A DNA stretch of 64,000 nt from Camelus dromedarius (Eukaryota), in NCBI RefSeq assembly GCF_036321535.1, contig NC_087437.1:23934001-23998000 (forward strand). Direction: 5' to 3'. Made by a program: the position numbers and the translations under genes. This document shows positions 39,504-53,619 of the stretch, piece after piece (positions within the stretch are counted from its first letter, which is position 1; the number at the start of each line of letters is the position of its first letter). Under the pieces are notes generated by a model. That model did no database searches. It had not been told where the DNA came from and saw only the letters and a list, made by a program, of their open reading frames with translations.

Positions 39504-42500
39504 TACTCAGAGGATATGGTACTAATAAAGGCAGGAGATACTGGAGGGCTAAGGTTTACACAGCAGTGGTGGGAATGCAGAACTGTAAATCTAAGCCACA
39601 TTGCAGTGAACATGGCCCTGTCTTGACTTAATGAATTCAAGGAGTGGTGATAGGAAAAAGAATATTAAAAAACAGCCTGATCATTGACTGTGTTAAGTGA
39701 TTAATACAAGTTTTATTAGAATGTGGTGTTAGACTTGTTCTGAAATTTGAAATTTATTCTTTTCTAATGATGTGCTAAGTTCAAATCTTCAATAACCTGA
39801 TTGTCAGCATTTAAAAGTGATTCTTCTTAGTTTACTCTGTGACCTTCTAGTCATTCTTTCTTTAAAATGCTAGTGTATACAGCGAATCATGTTGTACCCC
39901 TGAAACTCATATAATATGTCAATTATACCTTATTAAAAAAAGACCTGCAGTAAAGATTTTCCTAACTATCCACTTGCTAGCTGCACTGAGCACAGGGGAA
40001 TTTGAGTGAACGGAAGCAGTGTGCATTCTGTAAGGCAGGAAGTGAAGTGTTTAACAAAACTCGTCATAAAGATGTTTCCAACAAGCTAAAACTGTCCTAA
40101 ATTCTAGTGTATATTTAGTGAGATTAGGAATTATGATATGTATTTTAGGCTCTAAAGTAGAAATAGATTGACAGCAATTAATATACATGCAAGTGTTACA
40201 GCCTTATCCGATTGGCTTTATATGATCAACCCACCACAAAACTCTGCTCCTCTTGTAAAAGAGATCCATACATTCATGGCTCAGTCATTCTGTATAAATA
40301 TTGCTGATTAACTCTGAGTCAAGTGAAAACATTTATCTTTCTTAGTCAAGTGCCTTCTGATATCCAAAAACATTTACAAAATGTCATCAATCATAATTTA
40401 TTTTTTGATATTCTAAGTCTCAATGAAATTTGCATTCCTCAGTGATCTTGAAATATTTCAGCTTTTACAAGTTTATTAACCTCTAGATTTTGACAATCTA
40501 TTTTTTCAGTTATAACAGTGATGAAAAAATATTTAGTCACTGTACTTTAGTTCTTATTTCTGTTCTCTAATTTATCTATGATACTGAAGGATTTTCCAAA
40601 ATACTTGATCTTTCCCACCTCCCACCTTGATAGGCTCCAACAAAGCTGATCACTGGGAAGAAGTTAGGAAAAGATGAAAAAAAATTTTTTTTACTTAATA
40701 AAAGTTAACTGGAATAACAAGCTTTCTTATTATGATAGAAATTTCTCAGAGGGCCCAAGAAATATTGAAAAATAAATCCCCAATAATGTTATACTGGTTA
40801 TGTTCAAGGCAGATACAAGTGATTGAACAAGGAGAGATAGTTTAGTGCTCCTAACACCAAAAAACATTACCTACTGGAAGAAAGAAAGATAGGTCTCTCT
40901 AATTGTGTAATAGTGGCAGGATCCTTGCATAATTACAGGGCTACAGTGACAGCTGCTTACTATGTCCCCGATCATGCACTGCAGGTGGTAATTTACCCAC
41001 GTGCTTCCCTTTCATTTGAATGGAAAACAGTAGGGGGTGGCCCTTATGAATGCCATGTAATTGCAGACATTTTAAGCAACTATCATCGAAGATTTCTCCT
41101 TTTAATTTTGTCTAAAAATATGGTTTATTTTTTCATACTGGACTTTTCTACCCAATAGAACCTTTTAGGTACTGTTTGTCTCCTTACTTTTACTCTGAAG
41201 TTATTACTTTATTATTTTTGTATTTCTAGTCGTATTTGAAACGTAACAGCAACAGAAACAAAATCTCACTGGGAAAGATATGGGTCTAATGAAAATACTG
41301 GATAAAATCTTGTTGTATCATTAACATTTCTAAATGTAGTTAAGTACAGTAGCATAGAAAAGCTAGACATCAAATATACTTTGAGTTCATAATGCTGATA
41401 TTTTGTAAAATTGGCTTTAGTAGTCATTTTACTTGCAAATATTTTCCAAAGGCGGTTAGTATCCACTTACTTACAAGGAAGTTCCTGGCTCTCTCATGTC
41501 AACCATCCAGAAGACACCTCAGGGCCAGGAAATAAACTGGTTCTGCACAACTGAAGTTGCTGGCTTAAGGCTTCGAGGCCAGAGTCATACAGGGTCTCCA
41601 GGAGAGGCCCTCTGCTTTTGACCAGAAGCTCCTTTCTCTTACTTAGCACACTATTCTTGTAAACAAACAAACAAACAAAACATGCAGGCTAACACTTTTA
41701 TATCCTAATACAGAGGCACTAGAAACAGCAAAGGAGAAAAGACTAGACAGGACATGAAAGGTTTCCATTGGTCACTTACGGACTCAACGCACATTTCAGT
41801 TGCCTTCTGTAGGCTTCCTGTGTCTCCAGGGTTGGAATTAATCTTCACATCCTCTGGACTTCAAGAAGAGTTTTTAAGAATAAATTGACATCATGGTCAG
41901 TGTTGGTAAAAAATATCTAATAACTGGTACGATGCCAGCCCAGTGCTGCAGTGAGGGCTTGGAGCTCCTCCGCGCTGGCCATTAACCCTTTAGTTGCTGG
42001 ATCCAGGGAAATTAGAGGGTGTCCCAGAGCCCTGGCTGCTGGGGCGACTTATGGGGACACACTCAGGGAACAACGGCAGTGGTTATTTTCCAGGTGAGAT
42101 GGAAGTAGGTATTACTTCAACAACCAATATGAATATATGGTTACAGGTCCTATTTCTTATTTGTCTTAACATCCCTGGCTGGCAGAGAAAACAGGGCAAG
42201 ATGTTAGTAATTCAAATAAGCAGACTTTGGATTTAATGTGTTTTTTTAAACAAAATTTAGCAACAATTTAGATTCATATCAATGTATACTTTACTTAAAG
42301 TTCTGTCTTGGTATTTCTCTAAAGTAGGAGACAAAAAATGTTTACAACATACATAGAATAGAGGGGAGAGGCCACTATAGTCAGAGGATTTGGCTTGGCC
42401 ATGTAAATGTCCGATTGCAAATCCCATTTACTAGGCACTTGTTCTTGCAGTTAAACAGAGATGATTAAGAGATGCCAGTGAGCTGATAAAAGTGAAAAAA

Positions 42501-43706
42501 CATTTTAACAGATGTAGTGTCTTGTTAGGAATTCAGTGAAGCAAGGACATTTAGGGATGTTTGGGTTTTATTCTTTGCTCTTTGGATAACGCTCATGTTT
42601 TTTTTTTCAGTGAAAATTCAGTTTTCTTTTTATTTACCTCTTGTCTTCCTGCTTGTTGATGTCCTATTTAGCAGAAGAGGTGAATGAAAGTATGTGAAAG
42701 AAGTTAAGATTTGAGTAAGAAACAATTCCAATTACAGGAAAGCCTGTAGAATACCGGAAGTTATCTGTTTATTTTTTCTATACTTTATAATTTATGCAAG
42801 TAATAGCTTCCAAATAATAACAGGCCGCATGTAATACGCAACAAGGATTATTTTGCATAATTATGTAAGTAGCTAAACTATACCATGAGGCATGTTTTAG
42901 AAACTTAGAGTTGAGGGTGAGATGTATATACTGAACATTTACATTTTAATTCTAATCATGGTAGATAAGATTCTTTTCATTGTATATTACATTCAGTTAA
43001 TGAACCTGGTGAACAGAACTTGAACAAATCATCAGTTTCTCTCCAATTCATTATAACATGTAGGGCTCATTAATGTGGATTTTTATTCCACTTTATTTAA
43101 AGGAAGGGCAAACAAAACTTACATCTACTCTCAGCCCATCTTGTTTCTGCAGCATGTAAATGGCCATCTCTAAGTTTCAAACTACAGTAAGCATGCAATC
43201 TGGCATTTTACTGTTTTCATTCCAAATCTAATTCAGCTCTGATTGCCCTTTAGGAAAGTATAAAAGATTTCTTCTCTCCCTCCCTCTTCCTTTCTCTCTT
43301 TCTATAGATTTGTTGAGTCATAATTGGTATATAATAAATTGCACATATTTAATGTGTATAACTTGATATGCATATATATTAAACAATCAGCAAAATCAAG
43401 AAAGTAAACATATCCATCACCCACAGTTTTCTTGTATCCCATTGGCATCCTTCCCTCACATCACTCCCCATGTCCCTTCCCCAAGCAACCACTGATCTAT
43501 TATGAAAGTATTCTTATTTCAACAGTTTAGTATTATAGATTCTTATTTTTATAAAGAAATTTGAATGTCTGTTTTCATATGTTTAGTGTGCAAATGGATT
43601 GACTTTATACAGTCAACAGGACAGCATGAATACACTTCAACCAAACTCATGTAAGCTAGCAAAGGTGAAAATAAAATAAAGATGCTCCTTCCATAATGGT
43701 AGTGGT

Positions 43707-43744
43707 TCCCCTGTGGTCTAATGGTTAGGATTCGGTGCTCTCGC
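43707..43744 (+). pseudogene. 5' half of tRNA-Glu(CTC), tailless retropseudogene
   Basis: tcccctgtggtctaatggttaggattcggtgctctcgc is 33/38 identical to the recalled tRNA-Glu-CTC 5' half; 11-bp TSD aatggt(a/g)gtgg. Confidence 0.85.
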
Positions 43745-45484
43745 AATGGTGGTGGCCATTCTACAACTACAGAAAACAAATGTTTTATATTGAATGCTTT
43801 CCAGCAACTACTCAGAAACAGAGATTCAGGCACATTGTATTTTCCCAAGGTAAATGGGCTATTCAGAAAACCAACATTACCAACCTTACATTGAGACATG
43901 AATTTGTAGATCAGGAATAATGGATAGAAAAGCTTAAGTAGATGTTGACCCTCTGAAATCTAGGTCTAGAATTTGTTATTATTAAATATTAAAGAATTCT
44001 CATTAGGCAGTATAAACTACCCTTTATTTTCTTAGCATTCTTTTCTCCTCTCCTTCTCCTTACTCTGACTTTGGCCAAAAGGTGAAAAAGCAGTCCTCGA
44101 TGTGTGTATTATAGTCACTGTGCTAAACATTACTTTCTAGTGAAAGGACAAAGGGTGAGCAGGTCTTCTTCTGTCCTAGGTGTGGCAACGAGGAACAAAG
44201 ATTTGTGTATTCCTCTGTGTGCTTGTGTGTGTAAGGAAATATAATTAGATTGGAAATAGAATTTCTTTGCTGGTAGTCTTCTGTTTTTATATCTGTAAAC
44301 TAAGAACAGTAGTTAAAAAGCTGTGTTAAAGGTAGAGGACACGTATAGAACAAACCTGGTGCAGGATATGTACTGCTCAGAGAAGGCTAGTTATTCTTTT
44401 ATTGGTTAAAACTTTTCTATTTTAATGCTTTTTGAATCAAAATGTACACACATCTCCCATCTCCAACCCACTTGCCCTTTAGAAAATGGTTGTTGATTTT
44501 GTGAACTCTGGAAGCTATAGCTGTATCTGGTCAAGAAAATCTCCTGAATTGGCAGTCTATTGAGTTAGCTGCCAGGAAACAGCCAGAAGAGGGTCACTGC
44601 TGATTAGAACTGACATCTAAGACTTTTTAAAATGAGTCCGTTCCCAGTCTGCGCATGTACTCCACTTTATAGAATTGCAAACCCTGTTACTTAAAATAGC
44701 ACGGACACTGCACTTACTTTCTGCTGACAATTAAAACAATTAAGAATAGTTAAAAGTTCAGGCACTGCTAAGCCCCTCATAAAATGTCCTCGAACCTGGT
44801 ACAGCTACATAGATTTAAAATGATGTCAGTCCCATATGATGTGGGGACGAGTACTCTGTCCTTGAATTGTTTTTTTTCTCTTTCATGAAGAGAAAATACA
44901 GAAACTGAGAGTGCCAGCACAGGCAAGTGCATGATTTAGCATTTGACAAAGGTGTTGCTCTGGTGGGGACTGGGACAGAAGAAGCCCCAGTCCTTCACTA
45001 CAGTAATTCACAAAGCACTGATTTAAGATGAAATCTTTGTGCATAAGCGGGTAACAATTTATGTGGTCTGACTTGTGGAGAACTGGGCTGCCCCGAATCT
45101 CTCCCCAGGACTTCTCATGAAATCTGATTTTATAATAAGGGTTTCTTTTCTTAGGATCACAGACTGAAAGCTCAGGGATTAAGATCCTTTTATAGTATTT
45201 CTGAGAAAAGTGAAAACTAACACTAATTGAACAACTACTATCTGAGTTGCCTTTACATTTATGATTATAATTTTGATAAATGCTGGCCTAATGCCCTGAA
45301 AGAGTTTAGTTATCATGAAGGCCACTTAATGGTATATATGAGTATATGTCAGCAAAAAATAGAAAGATCGTGTGTGTGTGTGTTGGGGGGGTGGGGGAAG
45401 AAAATTCATAATCAGAATTTGAGCGGCTTCCTGGTTTTTCCCTGTAGGTAACTCCTTAGAGGCTCTATTTGATCACTTTGAGGT

Positions 45485-45995
45485 TGTTTCTGAGTCAACT
45501 CATTGTGCTCGCTGCACAACAGGCCAATAAATCAAGAGACAAGGTGTTGGGGCAAGGAATAAAGACTAGATTCGGAAAGCCAGCAGACAGAGAAGATGGC
45601 GGACTAATGTACTAGAGAACCATCTTACCCAAGTCAGAATTCAGGCCCCTTTTATACTAAAAATGGGAGGAGGTGTGGTTGGTTGTTGCAAATTTCTTGG
45701 TGTTGGAATTCTTTGTTCTTTCCTCTGTCCACTTAGGTCTGGTCACGATGTTCCCATAAACCTCCAACAAGACAAATGTTACTCTTTGTTCTTCAACTTT
45801 TAATCTCTATACGAATAGTAAAGTGTTTTACCCTTAAAGGTCAGAGCGTTAAGAATGGGCTGTCCTATATATTTCAGGCTATAGGCAACATTCCAGCATG
45901 ACTAACCAGCATGACTAAGCTCAGGAAGCAGAGCACAGGGATAGAACTAAAGGGACAGATCTAATATGGAGTCAGACTTGTTCTTCTCTATTACA
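45485..45995 (-). mobile_element. ERV1-class solo LTR (511 bp)
   Basis: TG...CA ends; 4-bp TSD aggt at 45481-45484 and 45996-45999; antisense TATA (cttttata). Confidence 0.88.
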
Positions 45996-46978
45996 AGGTC
46001 ACATGGGATAGTATAACTTTGGATATATTCTTGTTGATACTGAGTGTCCACAAGCCCAGTGGAGAAGTGAGAACTGAAGCTGTGTATCAAGTCTGATGCT
46101 TATGTAGAGGGAGGAGAGCATTCTCCCTGTTGATCTTCACCAGTCGTTCATTCTGTAAATCTTCCCATCATTTACTCTGCGATGGTCTCATTTCTTGGAT
46201 GTTTTACAGAGTGAGTTCTGTGTGGAAATGTACTGAGATATCAGAATTGCAAAGGAAGTCATGTATTCTGGACTAGTTATTTTGGTTCAAATATTACAGC
46301 TTTCCTATTTTCTCTTGAGAATGTTTTCTTGATGTTTCAGGCAGAAATTCAAGATGAATAGAGAAAACAAACAAACCTTCCACTTTCTTTAAACAAGTGT
46401 TTCTCCTAGTAGAATTAAAAAAAAATATTTTTGAATTTCTTCTCATTTATTTTATAGACCTTTTAGCTAGGTCAGAATGTTCTTTTGGACTTTTTTCCCG
46501 TTGACTTGTGATTACAATGTTCACTGTTGTGTTGGCTTCACTAGAAAATTTTAAATAAAGCAGTATTGAACTTTAACAACATCTCTGGTACAAAGGTCAA
46601 GGCATCTGACCCTGAGGGTCAGAATGAAGGTTACCTGGTTGTGAGTTCTGCTGGGACAGGGCCTCACCTACACCCTGTGGTTGAGACGTTCAATGACTAG
46701 CACAGTCCAAGTGACATATTCTCAGTATGATGACTGAATGCTCTGTTCATTCTCTTCTAATTAATATAGAATTAAAGTTTCATACTGTATTTGGAAAGGT
46801 GCCCTTTAACTGAAGATTTTTCTTTTGAAGAAAAATACATAATTAAGGACAGTAGGTTACTGGATTGCACAAGTCATAACAGCTTTTTAAGAACAGCTTT
46901 CTCATGAAGGTAATTTGGACCCAGTATATTTATGCAATAAGCTCATTCCCATTTGGAAATTAAGAAACAAGCACTCTT

Positions 46979-47353
46979 TGCTCAATATCAGTAATTATTA
47001 GAGAAATGCAAATCAAAACTACAATGAGATATCATCTCACACCATTCAAAATTGCCATCATTAAAAAGTCTACCAATAATAAATCCTAGAGAGAGTGTAG
47101 GGAAAAAGAAACCTGCCTCACTGTTGGTGGGAATGTAAATTGGTGCAGCCACTATGGATGACAGTATGGAGGTTCTTTAAAAAAACTAAAAATAGAGTTA
47201 CCGTATGATCTAGCAATCTCACTCCTGGGCATATATCTGGAGAAAACTATAATTTGAAAAGACACATGCACCCCAATGTTCATAGCAGCAATGTTTACAA
47301 TAGCCAAGACATGGAAACAACCTAAATGTCCATGCACAGATGACTGAATAAAG

Positions 47354-47404
<51 letters not shown>

Positions 47405-47870
47405 TACTCAACCATAAAAAAGAGTGAAATAATGCCATTTGCAGCAACATGGATGGGCCTAGAGATTATCATATTGAGTGAAGTAAGTCAGACAGACAAA
47501 GATAAATACCATATGATATCACTTAAATGTGGAATCTAAAAAAAAGTTACAGATTCTATTTACAAACCTGAAACAGACTCATGGACATAGAAAACAAACT
47601 ATGGTTACCAAAGGGAAATTGGCAGAGAGGGATAAACTAGGGATCGGGGATTAAAAGACACATATTACTATATAAAAGATAGGTAAACAACAAGGATCTA
47701 CTGTATAGCACAGGGAACTATATTCAGTTTCTTATAATAACATGTAATGAAAAAGAATCTGAAAAGAAAAAGTATGTATGTATGTATGTATATGTATAAT
47801 TGAATCACTTTGCTGTACACCTGAGACTAACATTGTAGATCAACTACATTTCAATAAAAAATAAAAAAAA
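46979..47870 (+). mobile_element. 5'-truncated LINE-1 with internal (GT)n
   Basis: L1 ORF2 end and 3'UTR, aataaa + polyA; near-TSD aaaca(a)gcactc on both sides. Confidence 0.95.
47355..47399. repeat. (TG)n microsatellite, ~22 units
   Basis: Seen directly. Confidence 0.97.
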
Positions 47871-48394
47871 CAGCACTCGTTGGGAAACAGGCCTATTGGT
47901 CATGGGTTCATGGACTCTGAATCCATATATAACTTCTAAACTAAAGAAATTGAAACTACATTAAGTTTAAATGGAATTTTCTCTAGTTAAAATGCCAATA
48001 TGCTTTAATGACACAAAGTAACTTAAGAAAAACATAAGAGTTCATACTTAAATAGATTTAAAAATTCAAATAAATATTAAAATCTCCAAAATTGTTTTTG
48101 CTTTAAGTTCTTGAACTTGGACACTATTTCTTTGACTTCCATTTCCTTTTTTCTTGTCTATTTTTTTTTCTTTTTGAGATAGACATACATAAAATTTGTT
48201 GGCCGCTTACTATGCAGATACTAGGCTAAAATAAAATAGCATGCATTCTCATTTAATCCTTATAATATTCTTCTCATTTTACTGGATGAAGTATCTTAAG
48301 CATGATATTCTGATCTACTCCACCAACAAGGAACACAAAATTCAAATTGTAATGTCTAAATTGATCATTTGTCTATCACCCTTCTGACAGTATG

Positions 48395-48790
48395 TTTGGC
48401 ATCAGGGAAGTAAATGAGGTATGGCTGGTTGTGGTGAGTGCACAGCTGACCTGTATCCCCATCTCCCTGTGTCAGGTGTGACCGGATGACTGCATTCTGG
48501 TGGAGGGAGTATAAGAGGATGGAGGGCGTCCATTTCTAGGATAAGCCTTCTAAGAAGTGGATGTGCCCACTCCATATTCTTTTTCCACTTTTTCCAACAG
48601 AGTGAGGATTACAACAAGTCCTTTGGTGATAGTGGAATCACAAGATAGAAGAAGCCTTCATTGCCAAGGATGAAATCTGCTCAAGGACCAGGAACTCCTG
48701 CAGTGGGTAATTACAAGACTGGAAATATACTTCCTGTTGTGTTTGCTACTGTACCGTTTTACATTTATTTGTTAAAGTAGCTAGCATCAT
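48395..48790 (+). mobile_element. MaLR (MLT1-like) LTR
   Basis: ggtgtgaccggatgactgcattctgg...gaatcacaagatagaagaagcct...tttgttaaagtagctagcat. Confidence 0.7.
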
Positions 48791-49234
48791 ATTAAAGTAT
48801 ACTTACTTTTATTATTTCCCTGCTTTCTTCCCCAAATTGGATAACTTCTTTTGTTAGGGGCACTTAACTCTCTGTTGATGTAACTTGGAAGATACAGGTT
48901 TTTATTTGCTATTATAGTAGATGTGGATCTTACTATCTTCCTTCCACTAACCTTTCCATAATTTTTGGCACACATTCCTTTTTCTGATTATAAAATAACA
49001 GTAATTTATGGTTATCACTTTCTTAAAAAGAGTGAAATGCTTATTATTTCTTAATAGTTTTGTTGAAAGGTTGCTGATAGCCTTTTCAATGCATATCATT
49101 AAAAATGAAAAATGAAGATTCAGACCAAGACATATATATTGTAAAAATCCTGTATGTGTATGTGGTTTTACTGCTTGGTCGTTTAGAGAAAATGTGGTGG
49201 CTTTTAACAATTCCCAGCTGTGAAAAAATCAGCG

Positions 49235-49580
49235 CCTATGAGTAGAGAAACCTGGGGTGTTTATTCTTTAAGTGACCTACCTGTATGATCTTGACTAAAA
49301 GTCATTTACTTTCAATGGAACTTGGCTTCAAATATATAGACTAACAACTGGTAGCTTTCATTGAGTGTTGTCTCTGTATCCAGAAAATGGCCTAGGTGCC
49401 CCCTACATATTAATTCATTTATTTGTCACAACAATAATATGTGATGATACTCCCTTTGCATCATTTTATAAAAGATAAACAGAAGAAAAATATATGAGAG
49501 CTATTTAACAAAAGTCACTCAGCTAGTTGGTAGCAAATCTGAGATCAGAACGATCAGTTCCAAAGTAAACCGTATTAACC
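49235..49580. mobile_element. Degenerate MIR fragments in both orientations
   Basis: ctgtatgatcttgac..agtcatttac; cattttataaaagataaaacaga...aagtcactcagctagttggtagca. Confidence 0.55.
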
Positions 49581-49587
49581 AGTTTAC

Positions 49588-49771
49588 TAGTGCTTCTCAA
49601 ACTGGAGTGTACCAAAATCACCTGGAGAGCTGTTAAAACACAAATTGCTAGGTCCCACCCCCAGAGTTTCTGATGCAGTAGGCTGGAATAGTGCCTGAGA
49701 ATTTGCATTTCTAACCAGTTCCCTTGGCTGCCGTTGCTGCTGGCCTGGAGACCAGACGGCCAGAAGTGCTG
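49588..49771. mobile_element. MER5A-type hAT MITE
   Basis: agtgcttctcaaact...aatcacctggagagctgttaaaacaca...gcctgagaatttgcatttctaac; homologous to 9741-9929. Confidence 0.88.
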
Positions 49772-52700
49772 TGGTAAACTCTACTGCTTGCCTTCTTCAG
49801 AAGTGTGATCATTTCTTTTACAAGAGCGTTCATTCAAACTAATTAATTCATGTTATAAGAAAATGTTTTCAGTATGAAAATGTTTTCAATACTAAGATTT
49901 CATATTTCAAAACCTAGTCTATCAAAATGAATTTTTCTTGTCTTTTAGATGTTTGAAACACTTTAAATGAATTATAGATGGAAGAAGAACTGTCTTATTT
50001 GAGCCAAAAGTTAAGGTGATTATGTGTTAATTCATTTTCTTAGCTGTTTACCATTATTTGAATCACACTAACACTTTCACATTTTATGTTCGTCTCTAAA
50101 AATACGTTAATTCCATTTTACATGCTAATGTATGTGGTTGGGTTTTAATATTTGCCACCTATTTCCTATTTTTTAAAGTTTTCTTGGGAAAACAAGTCAC
50201 TTTTTTCCCACAGCCCTTTCTGCATAGCTCTCTAACAAACAGTTCTATTTATGGTCTGTGAATTGCATTTTGAATATTGGGTTTGATTTACCTTGGACAT
50301 TCATTACAAAACTAAAGATATCTTTTTGGATTATTTGAAAGGACGTAGAAAATAGAGATAGAAAGCAATACCACAAAAGTGTGAGAAAAGATGTGGAAAT
50401 ATAAATTAAGAGAGTGCATGGAGTATAGAGAAAAATATTCTAAAAATACAAATTTATATAAATTTTAAAATTCTGTCATACCTATCGATACATATATACA
50501 CACACGTACAATGATTTAAGTGTACAGCATGCTTTCATGAATTCAGATTGTCATATAAATTATAGAATATCTTATATTAGGGGTATTTCTAAAATAAATT
50601 CCATGATAAACTTTAGTTCTATTTCCAACTAAGAACCTTTGAGCAATAATACAGACTTAGATTATAAATAAAATAAGTAACTCTGAATAGAAATTGATGA
50701 AATAGCGACAGTCAGTCCTGTTGAGTTTTCTGATGTTAAGGGCTTCTGTCTGAAGGATCCAGGAAGAATCTCTTCCTCAGGATTGTTTGCCTTCGAAGGC
50801 ATCTGGGGCTTTGGACTCATGAGCAGGGAGAAAGATGTGGATTGGAACGGTCAAGTAAGAAAAAAGAATTAAAAAGTAAAATAAGTGAAGGGAACACATC
50901 CTAATTAAAACCACTTCTCTATCTTTTAGAAGCCCCCAAATGCACAGAGATGAAAGCAAGGCTGCTTGTTTTATTAGTTGCCTAACCAATCAATACCATC
51001 CTGGAAGCAACAACTGTATAAACACAGAGCCTCCAGCAACCGCTTTGTAGAGCCACCTGCACTCTGATCTAAACTGAACCGGAGTGACATTTCAAACATT
51101 CTCATGAGAAGTTTTCTACTTTCTCAGGATACAACATTCCACGTTGCCCATAAGGTTATTGGAAAATGTTCAGCAGAATTTTCTTATTCTAGAATGTGCA
51201 GTGCAGTATTTTGGAATCATAGCTGGAAAATATATTCATCCTTGATATGAACATACACAGTTCAGATATAATGTGTACCCTTTCAAAAGAACATTTAAGG
51301 AATTACACTCTGTTCCTGATAATTACTATCACATGTGTTGCTGATCAGTATTATTCCTTTATTTCTTTCCAAATTAGAATAGTGACAAACAAAATTATGT
51401 TTCGTTAAAAAAGTTTAGCTTCTAGTGTGTACTCTGAGAGTCATCTTAAATAGACAGATCTTTTTATGAACCTCAATTAAAATGTGCTTAAAAAATTAGT
51501 CCGAACTTCTAGAGTTTCTCCTTTGAATAAATCAAAGGCATTTACTATTCGTTTATTGCCAAATAGCTTAGCCTGATTGGAACCTTTAGTTAAAATTTGT
51601 CGTTTTAGAAATAAAAAAAAAAGCTAACAATTAACGAATACTTTTTCTTTGCTAAGTATTGTGATAAGGTTTATTCATTGACTTACTGAATGTTTACCAC
51701 AGCAATGTGAGGTATATATTATCATGACATTATGAGAAAACTAAAAGAATTAAACAACTTTACTCACATTCTACAACTTTAAAGAGGATTTTTTCCACTT
51801 AACTGTTATTCTCAATACCTGCACACTAACAGTTGAGTTGATGGCCTATTTACTGGATTTTGGCCTTTTTTACAGAAGATGAATTATGTGGTACTTGTCT
51901 AGCTGTAGTAATAGAAGAAAATTCCACAGCTATTAATTAAAATTAAAATCTACTTTGTCAGACACTACATTAGCAAAACCAGAAATTATGTGAGAAATAG
52001 GCGTGGCAGTGGCCATGTTTTATTTACTTTTATATTCACCTCAGGAGAGCTCAGACAATTGGAATGAAATACATCTGTTAAAGTCAATTTTCTAAAAGTG
52101 TGTGTCATAAAGTACAACAAATTCTTATCTGAGAGTAAGTGAGAAGCAGGAAAAAAGGGCTTAGGGTGAGGGACATATGAGGGAAGGGGCAGGGATTCAA
52201 GGCGGCTTCTGGAGAGAGGAATCCTGACAGATGAACCTGCCCTCAGGCAGCACAGATCCTCTGAATCCACAGAAACCAAGAAACACCTTCCTCCATCCTT
52301 AATAACTCTTCAGTAATGTGGATCCAGGAAGAATGGCTAGACAATCCCGCTACTTAGCTTTCTTTGGCAAGCTAGTGATGATTAGAAATGACAGATCATG
52401 GGCCACGTATACACTTCCCCATTATAAATCTACCTTAAAAAGACTAAATAGGAATCACCTCATAGTTCTACGTGTAATCGTTAGTGATATACCCGATTTA
52501 CACAAGGGGGCTTCAGGAAATTTCTTTAGAAACCAAGACAATTCACTTCTTCCATCCAGTCCCCAGATTTCTCCTCACTTGTTTGCTGATGACTGAAATG
52601 CTTTTAAAACTAGTGGCAGAAATTTCATTCCACTGAGAGGAAGGCTCGAACTGTGAAAGGCAGAAGGCTAGCTCATTAACTATTTTGGCTGAAACTTATT

Positions 52701-53089
52701 TACCTTAACCAGAAATACAGTTGATTCTTTCTGGGTTTAATGAACCCACCTGAATGTTGCAAGGAAAAGGACCAAAGGTGGCTAATACTAAAGCTTGAGG
52801 CAAAGCAGGGGCTCAGAAGGATGGATGAAATACAACAAATCTCACATTCCATGATTCACCACTCTACCTGGGATTTTCCGTGGTAACTTATACATGTGTG
52901 ATATACAAAGAGATATTTTTGGCAACCATGGGAACAGATGTGAGTTAGGCTGAAATGCTTTTGAGCCTCAGGAATACTAGCTAGGCTGCTTCAGGCTCCT
53001 TGTGGAGTTTCCTCTCTCCCCCCTTTTAGAGCAGTCTATCACGTTTGGAGGGGAATTTATCCCCAGGGAATATATCTGAAAAACAACAA

Positions 53090-53530
53090 GCTTCATATTT
53101 AGGATGATCAACAAATCCAATGTAAAATAAATAAAAACAAATCCACCTTACATATGTGGTAGTAAATTTATAGAACAAAGAAGAAGAGAAGATTATTTTA
53201 AAAATGCCAGAGAGGAAGGAGAACTCACCTACAAAAGAGTAGCAATTAGAGTGAAGAATGATTTATGAACTGAAGAATGCTTCTAGCAACTCTGATGCTA
53301 CAAGACAGAAGAACAGTATCTTCAAAGAGCTGAGAGAAAAGAACTGTCAACCTAGATTTCCAGCAAAAATAGCTTTCAAGAATAAGAACAAAATCAAGAT
53401 ACTTTTAGAAAAACAAAAACTGAGAAGTCTGCTACCGATAGGCTCTCATTTTTAAAAAAAATTGGAAAAGATATTTGTAGAAAGAAGAGATTGTTTTAAA
53501 TGCAAAAAGGCCATAGTGAGTAAAAATAAT
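53090..53530 (+). mobile_element. Old L1 ORF1 fragment
   Basis: ORF 53258-53455 (IFKELREKNCQPRFPAKIAFKN) resembles the L1 ORF1p C-terminal domain. Confidence 0.8.
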
Positions 53531-53619
53531 GAACATTGACTAATAAAATGATAATACTGATTTTCATGTACTGTGTATACTTATAATGTGTAATTAATAC
53601 ACTGATTCCAATGAATTTC

